Shown here piece by piece: positions 35,910-45,297 of a stretch of DNA of 64,000 bases. The notes beneath the pieces are model-generated. The model was not told the origin of the DNA. It saw only the letters and a list, made by a program, of their open reading frames with translations, and made no database searches. The translations under genes were made by a program, and so were the position numbers. The DNA comes from an uncultured Holophagales bacterium (lineage in GTDB: Bacteria > Acidobacteriota > Thermoanaerobaculia > Multivoradales > UBA5704), in NCBI GenBank assembly GCA_963842525.1, contig CAWJGT010000014.1:196602-260601 (forward strand). Direction: 5' to 3'. Position 1 is the stretch's first letter. Each line of letters starts with the position of its first letter.

Positions 35910-37493
35910 ATGGTCATTGTGCACTTGACGGGCTGGGGTAAGGCCGCGGTGGTCCTTGTCCTGGGGGGAGGCGCCTTCCTGGGGTGGTGGTCGATTCGGG
36001 GGGGGCACCGGCAGGGTATCGTCGATCCCCCTCCCCCATCTCCGCCCCCTGAGGCCGACTGCGGCAAGACCCTCCTCGGCCGTCCTCTGCGGGTCGGTGT
36101 CGTCACATGGCCGGGTTACGCCGGCGGGATCGTCGCCAACAACGGTTTCAAGCCGGACCCGGAGAGCATCTATTACAAAAAATACAATCTCTGCGTCGAG
36201 TTCATGCTGATGGAGGATGTGGACACCCGTGCGAAGGCATTCGCACGCGGTGGTGCGGACGGCGTCGATGTCGTCTGGTCCACGGTCGACTTCTGGGCCA
36301 ATGAGCTGCCCGGTTTCCTGGAGAATCATTTGAAGGCCCGGGCCATTATGCAGGTCGACTGGTCGCGCGGCGGCGATGCGATTGTGGCTGACAGCAGCAT
36401 TAAAAGTATCGAAGACCTGCACGGGAAGAGAATCTCCCTTGCCTTGTTCACTCCTTCGCACTGGCTCCTGGAGTACAGCCTGCAGAGCTCACAGCTCGAC
36501 GAAGACCAGCAAAATGCCGTCGTGAGAGCGCTGGTCGGTAAGAATGCTTCTCCCGATGCCCGCGTCGATTTCGTGGCTGGGGAAGTCGATGCGGCGGTCG
36601 TTTGGGAACCCGATGTCGCCGCGGCGCTCGCCAAGCGAGAGAATTCCCACATCCTCGTCTCCACGAAAGAGGCACGGAAGCTGATCGCCGACATCATGGT
36701 GGCACGGGAAGATTTCATTCGCGACCACGGCCCCGTGATCCGGGCATTCGTCGAGGGGTGGGTTGTGGATGGCACGGTCGAGGCGAACCGCCACCCGGAC
36801 ACGGTTGCCCGATTGCTGATGGACAACGAGCCTCTGTACAAGGACCTCGGCCGCGAGGTGACCCTGCAGAATCTGGCGACGGTGAAGTGGGCCAGCCTGG
36901 CGGACAATGTGGAGATGTTCAACCTGGACGGCAAGGACGAGGAGCCGCTGTTCGACAGCATCTTCAGCCAGGCGGCCAGGAGTTGGGTCTCCCGGGGCTA
37001 CATCAGCGCTCCCGTCGACCCGGCCGCGGCGCGGGATATCAGCTTTCTCAGAGAGATCTACCGGAGCAAACCCGTCGAGCGAGATGTCTATGTCCCGCCA
37101 CAACCTCCACCCGAGGTGGCCACGGAGCCGGCGTTCAACGTAAAAACGATCACCGTCAACTTCACGCCGAATAGCGCCGTGCTGGACGCGACAGCCCGCC
37201 AGGTCATTGGCGACCAGGTCTCCCTGCTTGCCAAGGCCATGTCCGGCGCCTATCTCCGGGTCGAGGGTAATACGGACAACCTTGGCAATCCTGAGTACAA
37301 TCGCGAGCTCAGTCTCCACCGGGCGCAGGCCGTGGTGGACTACCTGGTCAGCCAGTACCACCTGCCCGAGACCGAATTTGTTCCCATTGGCAACGGGCCC
37401 GACAAGCCCGTCGCCTCCAACGACACAGTCGACGGCAGGGCCAAGAATCGGCGCACCGACATCAGTCTCGTCAAAGGCTCACCTGCGTCATGA
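35910..37493 (+). CDS. SBP-OmpA fusion (copy 2)
   Basis: same motifs; highly similar DNA to copy 1. Confidence 0.85.
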   Translation: MVIVHLTGWGKAAVVLVLGGGAFLGWWSIRGGHRQGIVDPPPPSPPPEADCGKTLLGRPLRVGVVTWPGYAGGIVANNGFKPDPESIYYKKYNLCVEFMLMEDVDTRAKAFARGGADGVDVVWSTVDFWANELPGFLENHLKARAIMQVDWSRGGDAIVADSSIKSIEDLHGKRISLALFTPSHWLLEYSLQSSQLDEDQQNAVVRALVGKNASPDARVDFVAGEVDAAVVWEPDVAAALAKRENSHILVSTKEARKLIADIMVAREDFIRDHGPVIRAFVEGWVVDGTVEANRHPDTVARLLMDNEPLYKDLGREVTLQNLATVKWASLADNVEMFNLDGKDEEPLFDSIFSQAARSWVSRGYISAPVDPAAARDISFLREIYRSKPVERDVYVPPQPPPEVATEPAFNVKTITVNFTPNSAVLDATARQVIGDQVSLLAKAMSGAYLRVEGNTDNLGNPEYNRELSLHRAQAVVDYLVSQYHLPETEFVPIGNGPDKPVASNDTVDGRAKNRRTDISLVKGSPAS

Positions 37494-38269
37494 AGCTGTC
37501 GATTCGCCGCCCACTGCGCCCTCACGCTGAATTCATCCTTGGAGTGGCCGGAGTGGGCGTGTTCATCGCTGTCTGGTGCTTCCTGACGTACGGTGGCGTG
37601 GTCCGCGAGATCTTTCTTCCCACGCCGACCAAGATGTGGAAAGGATTGCTGGAATACGACAGAAACGGTTGGCTGTGGCTATCCATCTGGCGGAGCTTCA
37701 CCCGGGTCTCTAAGGCTCTCGGCCTGGTGATCCTGGTGGGTGTCCCCATCGGTGTCTTCATGGGATCCTTCAGGCCGGTCGACGCCTTTCTGCAAAAGAT
37801 TGTCAACGGCGCGAAGAGCGTGCCCACGACGGCGCTCACCGGTGTTGTCGTGCTCTGGTTCGGCCTCTACGAGTTCGGCAAGATCGTCTTTCTCTTCCTC
37901 GGCGCGATCTTCTTCATGATCATTCTAGTGAGGAATGCGGTCGCCGGAGTGCCGGATGACTACGTCCTGGTGGCCCTCGACCTCGGAGCAAATCGCCTCC
38001 AGCTGATCACGCGGGTTCTGCTGCCCAGTGCTCTGCCACAGATCTGGGACGCGATCGTCGTCTGTAACGGGATCATGTGGACATACATCGTGCTGGCGGA
38101 GTTCCTGGGCAGCAATCAGGAGGAAATGGGGCTCGGTTATCTCTTGCAACTCGGCAGCCGGACGCAGAATCCGGGGAAGGTGTTTGCGACACTCGTGGTC
38201 ATCGCGCTGATCTCGGCCACCACCGATCACGCATTACACGCGTTCCGCCGGCGCTTCTTGAAGTGGTGA
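37490..38269 (+). CDS. ABC transporter permease (SsuC/TauC-like)
   Basis: FLPTP, multiple TMs, EAA-like ALDLGA, LPSALP, WTYIVLAE, GLGY. Confidence 0.9.
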   Translation: MKLSIRRPLRPHAEFILGVAGVGVFIAVWCFLTYGGVVREIFLPTPTKMWKGLLEYDRNGWLWLSIWRSFTRVSKALGLVILVGVPIGVFMGSFRPVDAFLQKIVNGAKSVPTTALTGVVVLWFGLYEFGKIVFLFLGAIFFMIILVRNAVAGVPDDYVLVALDLGANRLQLITRVLLPSALPQIWDAIVVCNGIMWTYIVLAEFLGSNQEEMGLGYLLQLGSRTQNPGKVFATLVVIALISATTDHALHAFRRRFLKW

Positions 38270-38273
38270 CGCC

Positions 38274-39098
38274 ATGATGAATCAAGGCCCACCCGTCATC
38301 GTGCTGCACGAGGTCAGCAAGACGTTCCCTGCGACTCGAAATGGAGACGAGGTGCGCGTTCTGAACAAAGTGTCGCTCACTATCGACGCAAAGGGATCGG
38401 GCTCGGAGAAGGAGTCAGGCAGTTTTGTCGTGTTGCTCGGACCTTCGGGTTGTGGCAAGAGCACGATCCTGAGCATTATCGCCGGTCTGACGCTCCCAGA
38501 TGAGGGCGAGGTGCTCGTCTATGGAAAGCCCGTGGCCGGGCCCCGCCTGCACTCGGCCACGGTCCCTCAGGCCTACACGTGTTTCCCTTGGCTGACTGCG
38601 TTGGAAAATGTGGAGTTCGGATTGCGTTTGAAGGGAGTTCCCGAGGCGGAACGGGTCGCCGAGGAGTACCTGAGCAAGGTGGATCTCGCCGCCTTTGCCA
38701 ATGCCTATCCTGATGAGCTGTCAGGAGGCATGAAGCAGCGGGTGGCCATTGCGCGGACCCTGGCGATGAAGCGGCGAATCGTGCTAATGGATGAGCCCTT
38801 CGGAGCACTCGACGCCCAGACCCGGGCGGACATGCAGGAGATGCTCATTCAACTCTGGGAAGCCGAGAGTAATACGATCGTCTTCGTCACTCACGACATC
38901 ACCGAGGCTCTACTCCTTGCCGACAGAATCGTCGTCCTCTCCTCCCGTCCGGCGGAGATCCTAAAGGACATGCAGGTCCCTTTTTCCAGGCCGCGGGATG
39001 TGTACGCCCTGGAATTCAGACAGCGTGCGGAAAACCTGCGAGACCTCCTGCAAAAGCGTCGCGAGATCGCCGAGCCGTTGCCGCCGGCGGAGGTATAA
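38274..39098 (+). CDS. ABC transporter ATP-binding protein (SsuB/TauB-like)
   Basis: GPSGCGKST, LSGGMKQR, LMDEPFGALD, VTHD. Confidence 0.95.
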   Translation: MMNQGPPVIVLHEVSKTFPATRNGDEVRVLNKVSLTIDAKGSGSEKESGSFVVLLGPSGCGKSTILSIIAGLTLPDEGEVLVYGKPVAGPRLHSATVPQAYTCFPWLTALENVEFGLRLKGVPEAERVAEEYLSKVDLAAFANAYPDELSGGMKQRVAIARTLAMKRRIVLMDEPFGALDAQTRADMQEMLIQLWEAESNTIVFVTHDITEALLLADRIVVLSSRPAEILKDMQVPFSRPRDVYALEFRQRAENLRDLLQKRREIAEPLPPAEV

Positions 39099-39101
39099 TC
39101 T

Positions 39102-39617
39102 ATGGGACTGCGTGAGCTGCTTGAAAAATTCGTTGTCTTCGACGAGGCAAGCACAAATTATTTCCGCCGGCCTAAAGAGCGGGAGGAGGGAGTGCCTTCC
39201 CCCACTCCGTCGCCGGACTTCGATCTGTCAGATGTCTACCGACAGAGGGGAATCTCGCCCGTTCCTTTCTCCGCCGAGCAGGCGCTGGCTCTCCTCGACT
39301 CTCTGCCGAAGGGAATCCGCCCCGAGACAAGGCGTCAGGCGTTCATCGATCTATTGGAAGGAATTTCGACGTCGCCTGCGGCGGTCAAGGAAGATGCACG
39401 GGGCAAGGTCGACGCGCTGACCGCCCAAGCCGATGATGCTTCCGGGGAATTTGCCGAGTTTATAACAAACACAGAGGAGGAGATCGCCGGGCTCGAGAAG
39501 GAGATCCGGGACAAGCAGGAGGCCCTCGAGCACGCCAGGGCGGCGGAGGAGCAGGTCACCCAACAGTGTCGAGCCGAGGCGGAACGACTGAAGACCTTGC
39601 TGCAAATTCTGGGCTGA
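39102..39617 (+). CDS. hypothetical coiled-coil protein
   Basis: 171 aa; long heptad C-terminus; operonic spacing. Confidence 0.7.
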   Translation: MGLRELLEKFVVFDEASTNYFRRPKEREEGVPSPTPSPDFDLSDVYRQRGISPVPFSAEQALALLDSLPKGIRPETRRQAFIDLLEGISTSPAAVKEDARGKVDALTAQADDASGEFAEFITNTEEEIAGLEKEIRDKQEALEHARAAEEQVTQQCRAEAERLKTLLQILG

Positions 39618-39636
39618 GCGCTCGGAAAGGGGCCCA

Positions 39637-40560
39637 ATGACATCACGAATCGCCTACAACAATCCGGACTCGAACGGCGCTCTGGGCCTGCCGTACCATT
39701 ACGAGATGCTGGCCGACCGGCGCCGTCTCGATCCCCTGCGGCGGGCGATCCAGCTCGTCGCCCAGGGAAAGCGTGTGCTCGAAAGCGGCGCTGGCTCTGG
39801 CGTCCTGAGCCTCCTCGCCGCGAGAGCCGGAGCCCGCCAGGTCTATGCGGTCGAGAGAGACCCAGCGATCGCCCGATTTCTCCGGCGGAACGTGGAGAAC
39901 GCTCCCTGCGGAGGGCTGATCCGCGTTCTCGAAAGGGACACCCGGGATGTGACCCTGGCCGACCTCGATGGAGAGCCGGTGGACGTCGTCATCTCCGAGC
40001 ATCTCAGCACCTGGCAGGTGACGGAGCCGCAGACGTCGGTGATAAACCATGTCAACCGGCATCTGGCCGGCGAGTCGGCGGTGTGGATTCCGGGATGCGC
40101 GTTCAACCGCGTGGAGCTGGCGAGCTCGCAATACCGTTTCGAGGACGTCGTGGAGCTCCGGGTCCATTACTTCGGCTTCACCGGCATCCGCCAGCCGGAG
40201 GTCTTGTCCGAGCCTGCGCTCTTCCAGGAGGTCGACTTCCGGCTGATCAACGAGACGGCGATCGACCACGAAATCGAGGTGGTGGCGAACCGCGACGGCG
40301 TGCTCAACAGCCTGCGGCTGACCTCGCCGTTGCGGGTTTTTGACGGCATCGTCTTTGACTCCTCGGACAGCCTCATGCCGCCGGTCATCGTGCCGCTCGA
40401 GAGGGACCTGGAAATCGTCGCGGGCGATGTCGTGCTCGTTCGTTTCCGCTATCGATGTGAAACCGATTGGAATCGTGTCCATTGCGAAGCCATAGCGATA
40501 CCGCGGCAAGGTATGGCCCAGATGCAGGACCTAATTGCGGTGGAGAATCCAACCGACTGA
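39637..40560 (+). CDS. SAM-dependent methyltransferase, PRMT-like
   Basis: HYEMLADRRR, VLESGAGSG, VYAVE, VDVVISE..E, beta-rich C-terminus. Confidence 0.8.
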   Translation: MTSRIAYNNPDSNGALGLPYHYEMLADRRRLDPLRRAIQLVAQGKRVLESGAGSGVLSLLAARAGARQVYAVERDPAIARFLRRNVENAPCGGLIRVLERDTRDVTLADLDGEPVDVVISEHLSTWQVTEPQTSVINHVNRHLAGESAVWIPGCAFNRVELASSQYRFEDVVELRVHYFGFTGIRQPEVLSEPALFQEVDFRLINETAIDHEIEVVANRDGVLNSLRLTSPLRVFDGIVFDSSDSLMPPVIVPLERDLEIVAGDVVLVRFRYRCETDWNRVHCEAIAIPRQGMAQMQDLIAVENPTD

Positions 40561-40569
40561 CCGATCACC

Positions 40570-42561
40570 GTGGAGGTAATTCGTATGATCGGCGGGCAGC
40601 GAGGCGCGGTGAACAAGCACATCCTCGAGCCGGATCTGGAGCTGGACGGATGGTGGTTGACCATGGTCGTTCTGGGCATGGTCATCGTCGTACTTTTTGG
40701 TTTTTTCTTTTGTATCGGCCCAAATGGATGGCTGGTCTCCCGTACAGACGCTTGCGCGGACCACTGGCGGAGCTGGGAAATGGGCGCGGTTCTCTGGGCT
40801 ATCCTGTTTGGAGTCTACTATTTTATTCGTTTCCCGCAGTTGCAAGAGGGAAGGCACACCAAGATCATCTGTGCGCTCATCTTCCTGGGCTCGATTGTCG
40901 CCAATTTCTTTGCTGCCTACTACATCATGATTTTGAGGCCCGCGGTGTGGCACGTCGGTGCCGTCATTGCCGGCAGTATTCTTTTCATGGTGGCGGACTA
41001 TTTCCTTTATAAGTGGTTGAATAACGAACGCCAGAGATGCAGCTTCTTCGAGGGTTTGTTGCTCGCAGATCTTCCGATGGTGGCAGGGTTGGCAATTCTG
41101 ATGGTTTATCTTCTCACCCATCCCAGCGAAGGTAAAAGCCATGAGCTTATGGAGGCTTTCGCCGGCGGGGCCATCAGCTTCCAGTTGATTGCGGCGAACG
41201 TGATCTTTGTTTTGAGCCAAGGAGGATTTATCCGGTGGGTGTGGAAGGGTAGCGAGGAGAAATCCAAGCTCAGAAAGAGGATCAAAGGGCCGCTGGAGCA
41301 AAATCTATGGGCTGGCATTGCGCTGACGTTTGCGCTGGTGGGATCCATGTTGCCTTTCGCCCGGGCCGTCGACGCCTCTTGGAGCCCATGGCTTGGCGCG
41401 GTCGGGCTGATTGCAATTATCGCCGGTTTTAAGGGCTTCTACACTGCCAACAAGCATCCAGATCGCGTCGGTGAGGGGCCGGCCCGGGCCTCAATGGTGC
41501 TAGGCGTGTTCGGCCTGGCCGCCATGGTGTTTGTGACGCCGCAAGGATCGATGTTCTTTTCGACTGCACAGGAGTTGCCGGCGATTCCGGCCGAGCCTGT
41601 TACTGAACGGGTGACGGCGGTGGCGTTGTCCCCAGATGGAAGCATAGTGGCGCGCGGCAGCGACACCGAAGAGACGCTCAAGATCTTCGATGCGCGGAGC
41701 GGGAAGCTCATCGAGGAAATGGAGGTCGAGGGTGGGCCGGTTCTCGCCCTGGCCTTCTCGCCGGATGGAAAGACCCTGGCAAGCGGCGGAAAGGATCTGA
41801 CCCTCATGTTGTGGGACACGAAAGACTGGCAATATCGCAAGGCGCAAAGCGCGGAGGATCGACAGGCCGGAGCAGCCGACGAACAAGCCGAATGGATCAA
41901 CCGGGAACCGGACGTGCTTTGCCTCGCGTTCTCTCCCGAGGGGAGACTGTTGGCTGGAGGGCTCAGCGACAATTCCATTCGATTTTGGGATACGGCAAAG
42001 GAGAGAAGGCTGGAAACGACTCTGAGGAAGCACGATCGGGCAGTACACGCGCTTGCCTTCTCGGCGGACGGCAAGTGGCTGGTGAGCGGAGGCGACGACA
42101 AGGTGGCGCGCTGGGGTGTCACGAAAAAATGGCTGGTGAGCGACCACCACGAAGACGAAGAGAGCAAGGAGCTCTGGGACATCAACATCGGGGACGAGAT
42201 CTTTCATGGGGTTGGAAGGAGAGTGGTCAAGTCTGTTGCGATCACCCGGCACGGAGAGACCTGGGCGGCGGGCCTGGATGACGGGGCGGTTCAGGTCTGG
42301 GATCAAACGAGTCCTCAACCGCCGAGGTTGGAGGGTTCGAGCAAGGAGCCGGTGCTCGCCCTGCGTTTTTCGGACAACGCGCTGGTTCTGGCGAGCGCAT
42401 CGAGGAATCCAGGTGTCACTTTGTGGGACATGCCGTCGCGCAGCAAGAAGAGGTTCTTGCAAGTGCATGGAGCGGCCACCGTCATGGACTTTTCGCGGGA
42501 CGCCTCGGCGTTGGCCGGCGGGTCCGATGGAGGAGCCCTGACCGTCTGGTGGGCTCACTAG
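40570..42561 (+). CDS. multi-TM membrane protein with C-terminal WD40 repeats
   Basis: many hydrophobic helices, then VLALAFSPDGKTLASGGKDLTLMLWD-type repeats; start may be 40585. Confidence 0.8.
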   Translation: MEVIRMIGGQRGAVNKHILEPDLELDGWWLTMVVLGMVIVVLFGFFFCIGPNGWLVSRTDACADHWRSWEMGAVLWAILFGVYYFIRFPQLQEGRHTKIICALIFLGSIVANFFAAYYIMILRPAVWHVGAVIAGSILFMVADYFLYKWLNNERQRCSFFEGLLLADLPMVAGLAILMVYLLTHPSEGKSHELMEAFAGGAISFQLIAANVIFVLSQGGFIRWVWKGSEEKSKLRKRIKGPLEQNLWAGIALTFALVGSMLPFARAVDASWSPWLGAVGLIAIIAGFKGFYTANKHPDRVGEGPARASMVLGVFGLAAMVFVTPQGSMFFSTAQELPAIPAEPVTERVTAVALSPDGSIVARGSDTEETLKIFDARSGKLIEEMEVEGGPVLALAFSPDGKTLASGGKDLTLMLWDTKDWQYRKAQSAEDRQAGAADEQAEWINREPDVLCLAFSPEGRLLAGGLSDNSIRFWDTAKERRLETTLRKHDRAVHALAFSADGKWLVSGGDDKVARWGVTKKWLVSDHHEDEESKELWDINIGDEIFHGVGRRVVKSVAITRHGETWAAGLDDGAVQVWDQTSPQPPRLEGSSKEPVLALRFSDNALVLASASRNPGVTLWDMPSRSKKRFLQVHGAATVMDFSRDASALAGGSDGGALTVWWAH

Positions 42562-42628
42562 ATGAGCCTCACGAAAGCGGTGGTTTCTTTTTTGTATCGG
42601 TCAGTAAGCTTCTCCTGGGGGACATGGC

Positions 42629-43690
42629 ATGAGGGATTCCAGAGTCTTTATTGCATCCAGCGAACCGCATAAGGATACGGCGGAGTCGCTCGCGTCCAAG
42701 ATTAGAAAAGTGCGGCCCAAAAACGGCAAAGTCATCGTTCGCTTATGGTGGAGCAGCTTCGATCCTGGAAAGAACTTTCTCGCGGTATTGAGCGAGGAGT
42801 GCAGGCGGTCAGATTTCGCCGTGGTGTTTTTGACGAAGGATGATCTATTGCAGAGAAATCAGGCGCTTTACACGGTGCCGCGCGACAATTGTGTCTTCGA
42901 GGCCGGATTATTTATTGGGGCTTTCGCCACCAGAGGGAAAGGGGGGCGAGGAGAGACGGAGCGATGCCACTTGGTTACGTCGCTTACCTCTGAAGAATTA
43001 CCTTCTGATTTGCAGGGTATCAGCGTTCATCGTTTCGAGCAAGCCGGAATTTTGGATGGCGTTGCGGAGAAGATTGGGGCCACAATCCGCAGACTCGGTC
43101 CTGCAATCAAGCCTGAGCTTGAGTGTTATAATCAACGAGAGCTACTGGAAATCGAGCGCATTGAACCAAGAGGCCATCTAGTTCGCGGTGCGCACGTCTT
43201 GATCAATCTTAGGCAACCACTTGAGCTGAAGAAGTCAAAATACGCTGATCGAGTGGTCGCGAACCTGCGGGCGAACTTGCGCTACAGATATCTATTTTCT
43301 GCCGAAGAAGAGAACGCTCGATTGATCGCGGAGCTGCTCCACTCTCTTGTAGGGGAGGACCGAGAAAGCAGTGAGGGTCGCTTGTTCTGCTTGCAGAAAC
43401 AAATAAAGATAAACCTTATTCAGCCAGGGAGACCATTTGAATTCTGTATTCATAATTCCGATCGGGAGAGGGCGGCGGTTTGCTACTTGCTCCGTCCGGA
43501 CGGAAGCTTTGTCGAATGTTGCAGCGGCAGGAAGGCGATGGACGTAGCGCATGATGCAAGCTTGTGGCCGGCTTGCACCGAAGACGGGCACTGGCGACAG
43601 AGACTCAAGGAGGAGATCAACAATATTTTCGGCGACGACACTGTGTACGCGAGGCTTTCACAATGCTTTTCGAAGAGCGGGATTGCATGA
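42629..43690 (+). CDS. TIR-like (Cap12/Pycsar-type) domain protein
   Basis: VFIASS, SDFAVVFLTKDD, PRDNCVFEAGLFIG, LPSDLQGI; visibly AT-richer than neighbours. Confidence 0.75.
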   Translation: MRDSRVFIASSEPHKDTAESLASKIRKVRPKNGKVIVRLWWSSFDPGKNFLAVLSEECRRSDFAVVFLTKDDLLQRNQALYTVPRDNCVFEAGLFIGAFATRGKGGRGETERCHLVTSLTSEELPSDLQGISVHRFEQAGILDGVAEKIGATIRRLGPAIKPELECYNQRELLEIERIEPRGHLVRGAHVLINLRQPLELKKSKYADRVVANLRANLRYRYLFSAEEENARLIAELLHSLVGEDRESSEGRLFCLQKQIKINLIQPGRPFEFCIHNSDRERAAVCYLLRPDGSFVECCSGRKAMDVAHDASLWPACTEDGHWRQRLKEEINNIFGDDTVYARLSQCFSKSGIA

Positions 43691-43693
43691 GCC

Positions 43694-45295
43694 ATGAGCA
43701 GGATCCTCGTTCTCGGCTGTGGTGAGCTGGCCTGGGGGAGGCCTTCAACTTCCTCCCTGTTCGGTCGGCAATGGACGCGCGGACGGCTCGCCGATGGGAT
43801 CTCTTTCGGACCCGAGGGCCCGATCCCCGGCGAGTCTCCAGGGCTGGACTGGGGGACGCTCGCCGGAGAGCTGGACCGGCAGGCGGCCTGGCAGCCGGAC
43901 AGGACGCTCGGACCCTCCCCGGCGATCACCCTGTCCCGCGGAGAGCCGGCCCAGGCGCCGGTCCTGCCGGCCTGGCCGGAGTTGGCCAGGCTCCAGGCGC
44001 ACCAGACGACTCGGGAGCTCGGTGGAGCGGGCGTCCTGGTCGCTCCCAGAGAATGGTTGGACCTGGGGCAGGGATGCCAGCTCCTCGAAGCCTGGGCCGC
44101 CGAAGGTTGGCGCTGGGCGCCTCTGGAAGAGGTGCTCGCCCGGCGGGGTCCCGCGGACGCTCGCTTCATCTGCGCTTCCGAGAGCTGGCTCCGCGTGATC
44201 CAACCCGAAGGTGGATTCCTCTTTGCGAACGGCCCCGAGACCCACCTGGCCCTGGAGATGATTCCAGCCGTCCTCGACCGCGTTCTGGAGAAGCTAGGCG
44301 CCGAACTGGCCGGCCGCTGGAAACACGAGGAAGAGCCCGTGAGCGGCTGGTATGTGTATCAACAACTGACGCAAAAGATCGTCAAGGCTCTGCGCCAGGG
44401 GCGGCCGAAGGTCGAGCTGGGCGGCGGCGCCCTCTTCCATGTCTCGAAGGAAGGTCGGATGATCATCGACTCGCGCGGCACGAGCGGCGTCCTCTTCCGG
44501 TTCTCCAGCGCCGAGGCGCAGACCAGGTACCAGGCGCTCTCCGCCTTGCGCATCACGGTGGAGCTGCCCGCGCCGCCGGCCCAATGGTGGGATCAGGTCA
44601 CCCGTCCCGGCTTCCTCAAGAGGGCCGCGCGAGCCTTCCCTACGGAGTTTCGTTGGGATCGTCGCAAGACCGTCCTGCTCGAAGGAGTCGAGACCCGCCA
44701 ACTCTCCAAGTACCTGTCGGGCCACGGGCTGCGGTGGGAGGAAGTCGATCCGGCCCGTCTGGAGGAGGCCCTCGCGCTCGGCTCTCCCCTCTCCGTCCCC
44801 CCCAAGGAAACAGCGAGGACACCTCCTGCGGAGCCGATCGAGGCGCCGGCACGGCACGATGTGACGGCTGGAGCTTCTGCTCCTGCGGGGCTCACCGAGC
44901 CGGGCCCTCTGCATCCGATGGACACCGGCCTCGCGGTGCTCGATAGCGTTGTCCCTCCGAAGGCCCAGACCGGCGAAGCTTCGAGCCAGCCATCTGCGGT
45001 GATGATGGGCGCGGAGCCGGCTCCCCAACAGGGCCTCCCGCAGCCCGACCAGCCCCCGAGCATCGGCCCGGCGCCGGAGGCGAAAACGGAAAGGACGCTC
45101 GCCGATTTTCGGCCCAACCAGTTCACGTTGGATGAAGCCCATCATCCGGACCGGGTCAAGGTCTGGCTCAACGGCACGATGATCGAACAGGCCAACGTGC
45201 GCCGCTCCGCCCAGGGCCTGTACACGATCGAGGGGATCGCCGTGCCGCACGGCGCGATCGTGCGGGTCGACTTCGAGCCTTTCAAGGATCTGTAG
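43694..45295 (+). CDS. hypothetical protein with Pro/Ala-rich linker and small C-terminal beta domain
   Basis: 533-aa ORF, 3 nt and 2 nt from its neighbours. Confidence 0.65.
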   Translation: MSRILVLGCGELAWGRPSTSSLFGRQWTRGRLADGISFGPEGPIPGESPGLDWGTLAGELDRQAAWQPDRTLGPSPAITLSRGEPAQAPVLPAWPELARLQAHQTTRELGGAGVLVAPREWLDLGQGCQLLEAWAAEGWRWAPLEEVLARRGPADARFICASESWLRVIQPEGGFLFANGPETHLALEMIPAVLDRVLEKLGAELAGRWKHEEEPVSGWYVYQQLTQKIVKALRQGRPKVELGGGALFHVSKEGRMIIDSRGTSGVLFRFSSAEAQTRYQALSALRITVELPAPPAQWWDQVTRPGFLKRAARAFPTEFRWDRRKTVLLEGVETRQLSKYLSGHGLRWEEVDPARLEEALALGSPLSVPPKETARTPPAEPIEAPARHDVTAGASAPAGLTEPGPLHPMDTGLAVLDSVVPPKAQTGEASSQPSAVMMGAEPAPQQGLPQPDQPPSIGPAPEAKTERTLADFRPNQFTLDEAHHPDRVKVWLNGTMIEQANVRRSAQGLYTIEGIAVPHGAIVRVDFEPFKDL

Positions 45296-45297
45296 AA

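Noticed and set aside
15848-37493. Type VI secretion cluster (FHA, PP2C, kinase, OmpA present)
   Set aside because: No TssB/C, Hcp, VgrG, TssM or ClpV recognisable
42565-42595. Possible terminator before the TIR gene
   Set aside because: T-tract present but the stem is poorly paired
43694-43800. Gamma-glutamyl cyclotransferase-like start (ILVLGCGELAW)
   Set aside because: Only a short weak resemblance with no further supporting motifs
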